Positions 1 to 9,737 of a stretch of DNA of 64,000 nt are shown here, one piece after another. The notes below the pieces were generated by a model, which did no database searches, had not been told where the DNA came from, and saw nothing but the letters and a program-made list of their open reading frames with translations. The number at the start of each line of letters is the position of its first letter. Position 1 is the first letter of the stretch. Source of the DNA: a virus; the IMG/VR virus record IMGVR_UViG_3300049489_000321, positions 83,531 through 147,530 of that record, one strand, 5' to 3'. Position numbers and translations under genes: made by a program.

Positions 1-93
1 CTTAGACACGATACTAGGGTATTTTTAAAAATTGATAATAACAGCGATTCTCGTAGTAAGCCACCTGTTGCACGAAGCCAAACGAAAAGATAA
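1..93 (+). CDS. 3' end of upstream gene (partial)
   Basis: Open frame from base 1 (LRHDTRVFLK...QTKR) ends in TAA at 91-93, overlapping the next ATG (TAATG). Confidence 0.5.
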   Translation, partial: LRHDTRVFLKIDNNSDSRSKPPVARSQTKR

Positions 94-2549
94 TGTCTAC
101 CGTTAATATGAAGACGCGAGCAATCGCAGTGGTACATTCTCACGTTATAAAAGGAGATGATAACGGAATTATTGATCTTTCTAACGACTTAATTGCTATT
201 CAAACCAATAAAGCGTTAAAGGGCTCTGGCGGAATGTCTTTAACGTTAGTAGCGCGTAGGAATTATCTTAACTTGATATATCCTAACGATGTAATAAATC
301 TATATATAGATCCAGGTGATGGTAAACGTGGATTTGTAAGAACTTTTTTTGGCTATATAGATCGTATAGAGCGGTCGGTGTCTACCGACGACAAAGGAGC
401 CACCTCCACAGTATTTAGAATAGCCTGTACAGACATGACCAAGGTTTTTGATAGAACCGACGTTTATTTCAATCCAAATTTGGCTAATCGTAAAGATTTC
501 CTAGAAACACGCTTTGGACAATCGCAATTAGCTGGGCACGCGCTTAGAACAGCAGGTATATATGCGCACGGTTCTCCTGCTGATATGGTAGAAAATCTTG
601 TTACCATGTTGTTGGGATTCGGCGCGCAGTGGATACTGCCTTCGTCTTATATAAACAACGCCAAAGGCTTGGATAGAAATAAAGAAAACCGTATAAATAG
701 AACAAAAGCGCGAGTTCCTTCTACAGAGCAACAGTGGTTTACAGATCTTGGTGGAGTACCAAACAATGTTAGTAATTTGGATAAAGAAATAGAAGATCTT
801 TTAAAGCAACAGGACGAGTTAATAAAAACAGACGATCTAGATGCTTTAGCTAAAGTTAATACAGCTTTGGCCAACAGACAGGCAATAGCGGATCTTTTGG
901 AAGGTTCTCCGCAATTTAGAGCGTGGTTAACAGCGCAGTCGTCCGCAGTTAATCAAAAACCTACTATTTTAGATTTAATTGATCTTTCTTTTATAGAAGC
1001 TATGTCTATTGATGGGTGGATTGCGTCCACTTCTATTTGGCAAAAGCAAGGTAGTTTAGCTTCGTTGATGTATGGTTATTCCAATGAAGTGGTAAACGAG
1101 TTGTTCTTTGACTTAAGACCAGCGATGGTAGATGGCGGCGAAGGAATGTCAGACTCTTGTTTTGGAAAGACATATTCATACGAATCAGACGAACTTAACA
1201 TAAACCTAGAAGGTACTGACGGCTTTCCGGCTGCTGTGCCTGCTGTAAAATACGTGCCTGCTATCGTTATGCGGGAATACCCGTATTCTACTAGCGAAGG
1301 AATAGACTTAACAAATTTGTTCATTTCAGATATAGGCGGTGTTTTTGAGTTTGTACCGTTTGGACCGGTTTTTGGAATGGGGGTGTCTACTGAACCTGGT
1401 GAACCAAAGCGTGTTGTGTATGACTACAATACGGTTCCTTATGTTAAAGAGAAAGGCGGATTATCGCCTATATCTAACCAATTTACCTCTATATCTAAGC
1501 CGTTAAAACATTTAGATGTAATACCAATTACAAACCAAGACGTAAAAGAAGACAGTCTAGGCCGAAGTGATAATGACGTTTTTAATCTTTTTGCATTGTA
1601 CGCAGAAGACAGCTTACAACAACAATACAAATATTTACTACAAGACCTTTTTCCAATAGTGACGCCGGTTAGTATAGAACGTAATGGTTTGCGCGTAATG
1701 GAAATGTCTTCTATGTTCGCTAATTTCAGTGAAAGCAATAAAGTTGAAGGTAGTGGTATAGACACTGCGTCTATTAGACAAAATCTTGCTCGTTGGGCAT
1801 TTCTTTTAGATCACTGGAATCAGCACAATAATGAGTATTTAAACGGCGACATGACGTTACGAGGTATGCCTGAAATTCGCGTAGGTATGCGCCTAGATCA
1901 TGTAGATAGACACGAAAGTTATTATGTAGAAGAAGTAAGACACAACTGGAGCTATCCAGACGCGATGACCACTACGGTAACCGTTAGCAGAGGACAGAGA
2001 AACGATCCTTTTCCTGCTTACATACCTCCACTAGTAACCAGAGATTTTGGTAAACCTAAAACTTTACAAGACATCGAATACATTGCCTCTAAAGGTGGAG
2101 CCAAAATACCACTTGGAGACAACCTTGCAGATCAAGGATTTGTTTTAAGCGACGTTAGAGACGACGTTCAGTCGGTGACTAGTTTTGCGGGCGAATCCGT
2201 GGTAACTGAAAACGGAAACACAATATTAAGTGGAGGCGACCGAACAGATGCGGGACGCTTGTCTAAGTTTTTTCACGTCAACCCAGTACGCGCTACAGAA
2301 ACTAGTGAACAAGGAACTCCTGTGGATAGAGCGTTTCATAATACAAATTATATAGATTCTCCTACTGAAATTACTAACGGTGCGTATATACCTGCTTACC
2401 CAGCTGAGGCGCCCAGAACAGGATTTACTACATCAGAGAGCGCTGAAGTAGTAGCAATACGCGACATAGACCCTGAGGAATGGAAGACTTTGGTTGAAGA
2501 ACTGGGGGAAGAAGGCGCTAGAAACGCCCTAAACTTAACAGATGAATAA
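93..2549 (+). CDS. Baseplate hub / tail-associated protein (gp27/GpD-like)
   Basis: 818 aa. N-terminal 'FFGYIDRIERS' and C-terminal 'GMPEIRVGMRL...YYVEEVRHNW...TTTVTVSRG' match the hub fold pattern; lies directly upstream of the spike and wedge genes. Confidence 0.7.
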   Translation: MSTVNMKTRAIAVVHSHVIKGDDNGIIDLSNDLIAIQTNKALKGSGGMSLTLVARRNYLNLIYPNDVINLYIDPGDGKRGFVRTFFGYIDRIERSVSTDDKGATSTVFRIACTDMTKVFDRTDVYFNPNLANRKDFLETRFGQSQLAGHALRTAGIYAHGSPADMVENLVTMLLGFGAQWILPSSYINNAKGLDRNKENRINRTKARVPSTEQQWFTDLGGVPNNVSNLDKEIEDLLKQQDELIKTDDLDALAKVNTALANRQAIADLLEGSPQFRAWLTAQSSAVNQKPTILDLIDLSFIEAMSIDGWIASTSIWQKQGSLASLMYGYSNEVVNELFFDLRPAMVDGGEGMSDSCFGKTYSYESDELNINLEGTDGFPAAVPAVKYVPAIVMREYPYSTSEGIDLTNLFISDIGGVFEFVPFGPVFGMGVSTEPGEPKRVVYDYNTVPYVKEKGGLSPISNQFTSISKPLKHLDVIPITNQDVKEDSLGRSDNDVFNLFALYAEDSLQQQYKYLLQDLFPIVTPVSIERNGLRVMEMSSMFANFSESNKVEGSGIDTASIRQNLARWAFLLDHWNQHNNEYLNGDMTLRGMPEIRVGMRLDHVDRHESYYVEEVRHNWSYPDAMTTTVTVSRGQRNDPFPAYIPPLVTRDFGKPKTLQDIEYIASKGGAKIPLGDNLADQGFVLSDVRDDVQSVTSFAGESVVTENGNTILSGGDRTDAGRLSKFFHVNPVRATETSEQGTPVDRAFHNTNYIDSPTEITNGAYIPAYPAEAPRTGFTTSESAEVVAIRDIDPEEWKTLVEELGEEGARNALNLTDE

Positions 2550-3720
2550 GCTATTAGACGGTACAGCTATCCAGTCTGGTCACGCTAGAAATAGCGATGA
2601 TTATTCTAATGAACGCCTATACTATCCTGTTCTTGGTATTGTTTTAACTGTTTATTCTTCTGATGATAAACGCAACAAATCATCAGTCACTAAACACGAT
2701 GGTAGAGGATCGCGTTGGGAAGCTGAGGTTTTAGTAATAAATGATGGAAGCGATACTTATTGGAAAGTAAAAGACGCTATCATTTTATCCTCTGGTGTTA
2801 CTGGAATTGATGATTTTCACGAAGAACTACCAAGAGGGTGTTCACAGATGTTAGATGGTTCTGTGTATAAAAGTAATCTTGCTTCTATCGATCCAAACAA
2901 GCTTGACGGTGATCGCTGTCTAGTTTCGTTTGTTGGAGGTAGATTGTCACAACCAGTTATAACTAACTGGTTTCCACATCCTTCAAATACGTTTGATTCA
3001 AGCACGCAAGGATTGCGAGACAGCACGCTTACTCAAGGCAAGCGTTTTGCAAAGCGCTACTCAGGAACAGAACTAGTTGTAACTCCAAAAGGTTCTGTAT
3101 TCTTAGACACTAATAACAGTGGTTCCACAGTGGTGGGTACTAGTGGAGGCGTAAAACGTAAGAAAACAGATGTTGGTGGAGATGTTTGTTTAAGCGTTAA
3201 ACCAGGAAGAAAATTAGAGGTTAATTTCAACCCATCTGTTCCTACACCAACAACAGAACCGGCATTATTTCAGCCTAATCCGTCAATTGGTGAATTTACA
3301 AGAAATGTTGACAAAACTACGGTTACTTTTGATGAAGATTTTGTTAATGCAGTAGCTGGTAAAGTGGTACAATTGATAGGAAAACAAATACAAGACAGTA
3401 TTTTGTTAGGTGAAACTCCTACTGATCACGCTGTTTTGGGAGAACATTTGTTGGCTACTTTTAACGCAATGATTTCAGTATTTAACGCAAATGTAGCGGT
3501 GTTTAACTCTCATAAACATTTAGACAGCACTGGTTCACCTACTGGTTCGCCTATTTCGGCAGCTATTCCGAATCCAGGATTTATACCATTTCCAACGCCT
3601 GGAACTGCTGGTCCACCTAGTCTAGACACTAACCCAATGTATGTAGGTACTGGTACTGCACAAACCGATGGCAGTGAAATGCCTGAGTCGGATTTATCCG
3701 AGGTGGTTAAATTACAGTAA
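2542..3720 (+). CDS. Baseplate central spike (gpV/gp5-like)
   Basis: OB-fold-like N-terminus (GDRCLVSFVGG), beta-strand-rich middle, HxH tip motif 'FNSHKH'. Confidence 0.7.
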   Translation: MNKLLDGTAIQSGHARNSDDYSNERLYYPVLGIVLTVYSSDDKRNKSSVTKHDGRGSRWEAEVLVINDGSDTYWKVKDAIILSSGVTGIDDFHEELPRGCSQMLDGSVYKSNLASIDPNKLDGDRCLVSFVGGRLSQPVITNWFPHPSNTFDSSTQGLRDSTLTQGKRFAKRYSGTELVVTPKGSVFLDTNNSGSTVVGTSGGVKRKKTDVGGDVCLSVKPGRKLEVNFNPSVPTPTTEPALFQPNPSIGEFTRNVDKTTVTFDEDFVNAVAGKVVQLIGKQIQDSILLGETPTDHAVLGEHLLATFNAMISVFNANVAVFNSHKHLDSTGSPTGSPISAAIPNPGFIPFPTPGTAGPPSLDTNPMYVGTGTAQTDGSEMPESDLSEVVKLQ

Positions 3721-5444
3721 TGCGCGACACAATAACGCCTGACAGATCTAACTGGTTAGGCACAACAAACAACAAAGATAAGAAGAGTTTCTACAGCCTT
3801 GCGCTTGTTGTAGATGGTACGCTTTCTAGTGATTTTAACAACATTCCTTTAGAATTTTTATTCAACACAGATCCACAAGGCATAGATATTGAGGAACCTG
3901 CGGCGGTTCAAATTGTACCCACGCAGAATGGCGGACAGTTTGTTGAGAACCAAGGTACAATTTATAAAAATATTAATATAAAAGGTACTACTGGTTTAAG
4001 ACCTAACATAAATAAACCAGGTGGCTTCAGGGTTTCTCCATACACAGGAAAAGGCAAACCCGGCACTAACGTGCCAGATAACGAACAGACTGGTTTTGAT
4101 GATTTAGTAGCTTTGGTTAACTTTTTTAGAATCTATTCAGCCATTAAAAAAGACCCTATTAATGCTTATAAAGTTACGATGGTTTGGAAGAATGCCCGTG
4201 AGGGTGAGTACTATCGTGTAGAACCTATAAATTTCAAAACTTCCAGAGCTTCTAGTAGTCCTATGACCACTATGTACGACATAACCCTTCGTACAGTTGC
4301 TGCTTTAGATTTTAAAGACAAAATAGATAAACCAGTAACTAAACTCGGGTTTACAGCTAGGCTCAAGGATGCTACAAACGACATTGCTCGTGGATTCGCT
4401 ACGTTGTCTGCAAAACAAGATACTTTAATATCTGTTGGAGCAAAGTTTGTCACCGACTTGTTGCAGCCAATAAACGATTTATTGAATGCGCTGACGTTGT
4501 TTACTACCTCAGCTAGCAGGGTGCCTGAAATTCCGCGCTATATAGTGAGCAATCTTATTGATAACGTAAATCGTGCTAAAATTGCTTGTGAAGATCTAGA
4601 TCAAACTTACGAACAATTCAGCATAGTTGGCCCACAAAAGGCGGCTGCTAAGAACTTAAAAGACATAGCAGATGCGTTGATTAGAATATTTATAGAAGAC
4701 GGTCTTTTCGGAGCAGAATCTGGGGATAAAGCCCAGCGTAAAATAAAACGCTATGAAAATACAGTAAATTCCAAAGGTACGATTTCAAGCGATTTATCGT
4801 CGCTAGGAAGCGGTGCCAGTCTTGCGGATATTAACATAGGCGAAGACATAAGAAAGGTAGCAAAACGTCTTGTAGGCGACTACAGCGCGTGGAAAGCCTT
4901 GGTCCTGCTCAATGATCTTAAGCCGCCATACATAAGTCCTACTGGCGATGGAGTAAGTGTTTTAAGACCAGGAAAAGACAGCATTCTGTATCCTTCTAGT
5001 ACTGCCACAAGAAGTTCTTCTGTATCTAGAGATATTACTGCCAAAAGAGGATACGACGTACTCTACGGTAGAGACATTAAATTAACTAATAATCTTAATG
5101 GATTACGTACTATTTCTATTGATTCTAAAGGAGACATAGCGCGTGTTTCTGGTGTAGATAATGTGTCTCAAGCAATTGACATTAAATTCAACACAGAACA
5201 AGGAGAGCTTGGTGCTCATGAATCGTTTGGAATTAAGCTACCTATTGGGGTGCGTTCCAGTTCAGCGTTATCATTGGCAGAATTTGACATAAATGCCAGA
5301 AGCACCCTGCTTTCTGACAGTAGAATCGCGGCAGTAAATAGGTTAGAATTAGAAGTGCAGGGAAATACAACTCTTATAAAGGCAGACACCCAACTTATTG
5401 ACGGTGGAGACACTCTATCACTAAGTTTGGATGTACGTAAATAA
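3720..5444 (+). CDS. Baseplate/tail protein with LysM-like segment and C-terminal gp25-like wedge domain
   Basis: 'IRKVAKRLVGDYSAWKALVLLNDL' is LysM-like; C-terminal 'GVDNVSQAI...TEQGEL..H..FG...LLSDSRI' is gp25/W-like. Confidence 0.65.
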   Translation: MRDTITPDRSNWLGTTNNKDKKSFYSLALVVDGTLSSDFNNIPLEFLFNTDPQGIDIEEPAAVQIVPTQNGGQFVENQGTIYKNINIKGTTGLRPNINKPGGFRVSPYTGKGKPGTNVPDNEQTGFDDLVALVNFFRIYSAIKKDPINAYKVTMVWKNAREGEYYRVEPINFKTSRASSSPMTTMYDITLRTVAALDFKDKIDKPVTKLGFTARLKDATNDIARGFATLSAKQDTLISVGAKFVTDLLQPINDLLNALTLFTTSASRVPEIPRYIVSNLIDNVNRAKIACEDLDQTYEQFSIVGPQKAAAKNLKDIADALIRIFIEDGLFGAESGDKAQRKIKRYENTVNSKGTISSDLSSLGSGASLADINIGEDIRKVAKRLVGDYSAWKALVLLNDLKPPYISPTGDGVSVLRPGKDSILYPSSTATRSSSVSRDITAKRGYDVLYGRDIKLTNNLNGLRTISIDSKGDIARVSGVDNVSQAIDIKFNTEQGELGAHESFGIKLPIGVRSSSALSLAEFDINARSTLLSDSRIAAVNRLELEVQGNTTLIKADTQLIDGGDTLSLSLDVRK

Positions 5445-5447
5445 ACC

Positions 5448-7280
5448 ATGGCATTTCAGCCCAAACAATTTGCAAACATACTAGAAACAATGATTAATTA
5501 CATGCGTGCCAACACGGATGTAACTGATTACGAAATAGGATCTGTTGTTAGGTCAATCTTAGAAGCTTGTGCGCTTGAAGACGACGAAGCCTACTTTCAA
5601 ATGGTTCAACTACTTGATTCATTTTCGATATTCACCGCTACCGGTGCTGACTTGGTGCGTCGCGTTGCGGACTACGACGTGGTTCCTTTGCAACCAAACG
5701 CTTCTCTTGGGTACGTAACCATTAGAGATGAGCTACTGCCTACCTCTACTTTATCAATCGATAAACTAGCTGGATCTACTACTTTGCTTATCGAAGATTC
5801 TTCTGGGTTATCAACTAGCTATCCATACGACGTAAGGGTAGGTGAGGGAACTCTACAAGTAGAAGATGTTCAAGTTAGCAACAATAACACGCTTACTAAC
5901 ACATTAACAATTGCTCCACTAGTTAACAACCACAGCGCTGGAGAACGGGTATCTTTTGTTAGCGGTGCCGCCGACAAAACAATCACCGCAGGTCTACAAG
6001 TACAGTCACCAGCCGTTGGTAATGAGTCTGCTGTTGTGTTTTCTACTATTGAAAACGGTACTATAGTAAACGGCAATTACTCTTCTACATCTATCAAAGC
6101 AAGAGCAGTTTTACCTGGTCTTGCCGGTAACGTAGGTTCTGGTCGTATAACACAGTTTACATCTAGTGCTCCGTTTAGCGGCGCCTCTGTAACCAATCTA
6201 GCCTCGTTTGGCGCAGGTAAGGGCGAAGAACTACCTGAAGAACTTCGATCTAGAGCACTAGGAAAGAAACAAGCTGCGTCTAGAGGAACTCCTTTAGCTC
6301 TTAAAGAAGCCGTACGCGGCGTAACAGACGCTGTTACAAAACAAAGAGTTTCTACTTCAAATGTCTTAGAAGATTTTGAAAATGATGAAGTTATTGTTTA
6401 TATAGACGACGGTACTGGATTTACACCGGATCAAGTCCAACTAGGAACTACCACCGTAGGCACAGCAGTATTAGCTGGCGCAGGTACGGTAGAGATCGAC
6501 GATGCAGTCGATTTCCCAGACGCCGGGTATATTGTTATAAGTCCTGAAAACTCGTCGCAAATAGAGCTGCTTGAATACGACGGCGTAGACAGAACAGTTT
6601 CACCAGCGGTGGTTTCCCTAATCGGAAGCACTGTTAACGCACATGATGTCGGTGATGAAGTAGTTTTGGTAGACGTATTAGATTTGTCTGCTGAAGAAGG
6701 TACTAATTACTACGAAACATCAGATTTACCGATAGTTAGAAATTCGTATAGATTGTGGATAGATAACGGGTCAGGATTGACACTTCAGACTGAAGATGTT
6801 GATTATATCTTAAAACGTGGACTAGGACGGATACAACTAATCGGAGACGGCACAGACGCGGGAGACGTAGTTGTAACTACATACACTTACTACACGGGAT
6901 TAGTTGCTACGTGTCAAAAAATAATAAATGGCGATGAAACCGACGAAGTTAACTTTCCAGGTGTTTACACCGCTGGAATTCCTCCTGTTGTAGAAACTCC
7001 TACAATTAGAAGAATAACTATTCGTTTACTAATAACTGCTATTGAAGGTAAAGATAAAGACGATTTACTTCCACTCGTAAGGACTGTCGTGGAAACATAT
7101 ATATCTAGCCTAGGTATCGGAAATGACGTTATTTTGTCTGAAATTATAAAAAGAGCCATGCGTGTTCCTGGTATGTATAACTGCAAGGTTATTACTCCAA
7201 CATCAGACGTGGCTGTTTCTGAAAACGAACTGCCTGTTCCTTATGACACGCAAGGCGACTCTATCGTAACTATTGTCTAA
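5448..7280 (+). CDS. Baseplate J-like wedge protein
   Basis: 'TDYEIGSVVRSILEA', 'ATGADL', 'PGLAGNVG', 'EELRSRA...RGT...VYIDDGTG', C-terminal 'YISSLGIGNDV'. Confidence 0.85.
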   Translation: MAFQPKQFANILETMINYMRANTDVTDYEIGSVVRSILEACALEDDEAYFQMVQLLDSFSIFTATGADLVRRVADYDVVPLQPNASLGYVTIRDELLPTSTLSIDKLAGSTTLLIEDSSGLSTSYPYDVRVGEGTLQVEDVQVSNNNTLTNTLTIAPLVNNHSAGERVSFVSGAADKTITAGLQVQSPAVGNESAVVFSTIENGTIVNGNYSSTSIKARAVLPGLAGNVGSGRITQFTSSAPFSGASVTNLASFGAGKGEELPEELRSRALGKKQAASRGTPLALKEAVRGVTDAVTKQRVSTSNVLEDFENDEVIVYIDDGTGFTPDQVQLGTTTVGTAVLAGAGTVEIDDAVDFPDAGYIVISPENSSQIELLEYDGVDRTVSPAVVSLIGSTVNAHDVGDEVVLVDVLDLSAEEGTNYYETSDLPIVRNSYRLWIDNGSGLTLQTEDVDYILKRGLGRIQLIGDGTDAGDVVVTTYTYYTGLVATCQKIINGDETDEVNFPGVYTAGIPPVVETPTIRRITIRLLITAIEGKDKDDLLPLVRTVVETYISSLGIGNDVILSEIIKRAMRVPGMYNCKVITPTSDVAVSENELPVPYDTQGDSIVTIV

Positions 7281-7281
7281 T

Positions 7282-9729
7282 ATGGCCATTAAGATAAACC
7301 AGTCAGCTATAGCTGAAGCAAAAGATCAGTTGTTTTTGGACACTGCCGATGGGCAGCGCTTAAATAACGTTTCTTCTAATTTAGGGCTATTTAGACCGAT
7401 CTTAGGTATAGGAAGCGACGCTGAATGGCGTGCTATTGTTAAAAAAATAGCACATAATCCTAAACTAATTCAACGCGTTTTTAGACACATTATAGAATGC
7501 TGCATAGGTCCTAGATTTACTCGCACCGCCAACTTGTCTGCACCCACTGAAGTAGGAGACAATGTTCTATTTGTAAACAACGCAGAAGAATTAATACAGT
7601 TAGGAACATTGGTAATAGATTCTGGGCTTCCTACCGAAGAAACAATAACTTTTGATTTTGTAGACAGAATAACGAACAAAGTCATATTAACAAGAGGACT
7701 TACCTACGCCCACCAGGTACTGTCAGATGGGTCTGGAGTTTTGGCTGAAGATAAGGCTGTTTCTTCTATAGAACTTCCTCTTTACGACTCTAGTTTGTTG
7801 CCGACCACTAACTACCCTTATCCGCTGCTGGTGGGATCAGGTACAGAGAACGAAGAGATGGTGTTGGTGTACGACAACGACACCATTACTAATACGTTGA
7901 CTATTTCTGCTTTAACAAAAGATCAGAGTGGATTTAAGAGTTCTTTTCTTCGTAGAGAACTTCTACTGGAAACGTTTGCTGGTCGAACATTTATACGTTT
8001 CGATGTTAGTGAATCTAGGTGTTTCCCATCGGAAGGATGGTTGCGTTTAGACGCGAATAGTGTTGATGAAGAAGTAGTGTATTTTACTAGCAACGACGTA
8101 GATAATGACGTTATATATTTAAAAACACCTCTTAAATTTTCCCATGTAGCCGGTACTTCTGTGGAACTTCTAAGACCGGGAGCTAGTGTTAAGTCTGCGT
8201 CTTTGACACAACCGGGTATAGGTTGGGAAATTTTTGACGCAACCAATAGAGATCTAAAAATATACATTCCTCCAACGTATAGAGAATACAGAATTCTAGA
8301 CGTAACATATTTACACACTGCTTCTCCTGGAGCAGTGTCTACCACGCTTGACAGTAACGTCTCTATCGGCGACACGGTTATATCGCTTACAAGTATTGCT
8401 GGATTTCCTTCACTTGGTTTAGTACAAATAGATGGTAATGAAGTGGCTTTTTATTATGAACTAGACGAAGATAACGCCACGATTACGTTAATAAACGGAA
8501 CGCTATCTGCGTATTCGGCTGGCGATTCTGTAGACGTGTTGACCTACCCGTATTCCGGTTCTGATTTGGAAGATTCTAATGTATTTGATATATTAGGCGA
8601 CATCATACTCAACGTATTCCCTGGTAAATATTTGTTTGACGCAATACAACAGTCTCCTAGCTCTGTTTTCACAACGCTTGACGTAGCCGTACCTCCTCCG
8701 ACCAGACTGCTATCAAGTCAACTTTCTGGATTTACAAACATAGAAGTTGAAGACGCTAGTATGTGGGGTACTCCAATATTTTCTGCTAGAATAGGAAGCG
8801 GAACGGGGTCTCAAGAAGATTTGACTGTAACCGATGTTACTATAGCTAAAACTACTTCTGATCAATTAAACGGAGCAGTTTCTATAGGTGGAACATCTTT
8901 GGTACTTGACAACACTAGCGGGTTCCCCGAATCCGGTGTTGTAAATATGGCTGGGTACAGAGTTATCATAGACGAAGGAACCGTAGATGAAGAAATTGTA
9001 CGTATATTAGACAATGACGTAGGTACAAATACGTTTACTTGTGTTCCTTTAGTACTTAATCATGCGGACAACGCTGTTGTGTCTCTTTTAAATGACACCG
9101 TGACGTTTTCCACAGGGTTAAATAACTCGCACGACGGTGACAGCGTGTCTCCCACAGTCGTTGGTGATTCTGTAGAAGTATTGACGGAGTTTCTAGAAGT
9201 CGTTTCAGTTGCAGGGTTTTCTAATTCAGGTAAGATAATAATAAACTACGGAAACGCTAGATCTCCTGTAAGAGCAGAGATTATTGCTGCAAGTCCAGGC
9301 AGCTATACCATAGCAGACAGCTCTGTGTTACCTGAAGTTTACCCTTACCAACTAGTTTTAGGGCAAGGTCTGTCTACTGAAGAATACGTGTTTGTAACCA
9401 ATAACAACACAGGAACAGGTGTTTTAACGGTAACCGGCGATGTTAATACACATTTTGCTGGAGAATACATAGAATTTAGAGTAGAATCACCGGAAGTAGT
9501 AAATTATCAAGATATCGATTCTGGTAAACTACAATTTATTCCACCGGTAGTGTTGAATAAACACGAAATAGGTGAACAAGTAATGGTAACTAATCAACCA
9601 AGTGAACCTAGCCTAGATGGGTTTGATTACCCATTCTATTTGCCACCAGACAGGTTTCTTTGCTTGACTTACGCTTTTGGTTTAGTAAGAGGCGCTGGTA
9701 TTCAAGTTTCTATTGTTAATGAACGGTAA
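7282..9729 (+). CDS. Baseplate/tail structural protein with tandem ~70-aa beta repeats
   Basis: N-terminal 'LDTADGQRL...LGLFRP...SDAEWR' resembles the gpI-type wedge start; many repeats ending H..G..V; ATG 7282 preferred over TTG 7273. Confidence 0.7.
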   Translation: MAIKINQSAIAEAKDQLFLDTADGQRLNNVSSNLGLFRPILGIGSDAEWRAIVKKIAHNPKLIQRVFRHIIECCIGPRFTRTANLSAPTEVGDNVLFVNNAEELIQLGTLVIDSGLPTEETITFDFVDRITNKVILTRGLTYAHQVLSDGSGVLAEDKAVSSIELPLYDSSLLPTTNYPYPLLVGSGTENEEMVLVYDNDTITNTLTISALTKDQSGFKSSFLRRELLLETFAGRTFIRFDVSESRCFPSEGWLRLDANSVDEEVVYFTSNDVDNDVIYLKTPLKFSHVAGTSVELLRPGASVKSASLTQPGIGWEIFDATNRDLKIYIPPTYREYRILDVTYLHTASPGAVSTTLDSNVSIGDTVISLTSIAGFPSLGLVQIDGNEVAFYYELDEDNATITLINGTLSAYSAGDSVDVLTYPYSGSDLEDSNVFDILGDIILNVFPGKYLFDAIQQSPSSVFTTLDVAVPPPTRLLSSQLSGFTNIEVEDASMWGTPIFSARIGSGTGSQEDLTVTDVTIAKTTSDQLNGAVSIGGTSLVLDNTSGFPESGVVNMAGYRVIIDEGTVDEEIVRILDNDVGTNTFTCVPLVLNHADNAVVSLLNDTVTFSTGLNNSHDGDSVSPTVVGDSVEVLTEFLEVVSVAGFSNSGKIIINYGNARSPVRAEIIAASPGSYTIADSSVLPEVYPYQLVLGQGLSTEEYVFVTNNNTGTGVLTVTGDVNTHFAGEYIEFRVESPEVVNYQDIDSGKLQFIPPVVLNKHEIGEQVMVTNQPSEPSLDGFDYPFYLPPDRFLCLTYAFGLVRGAGIQVSIVNER

Positions 9730-9737
9730 AGGTTATT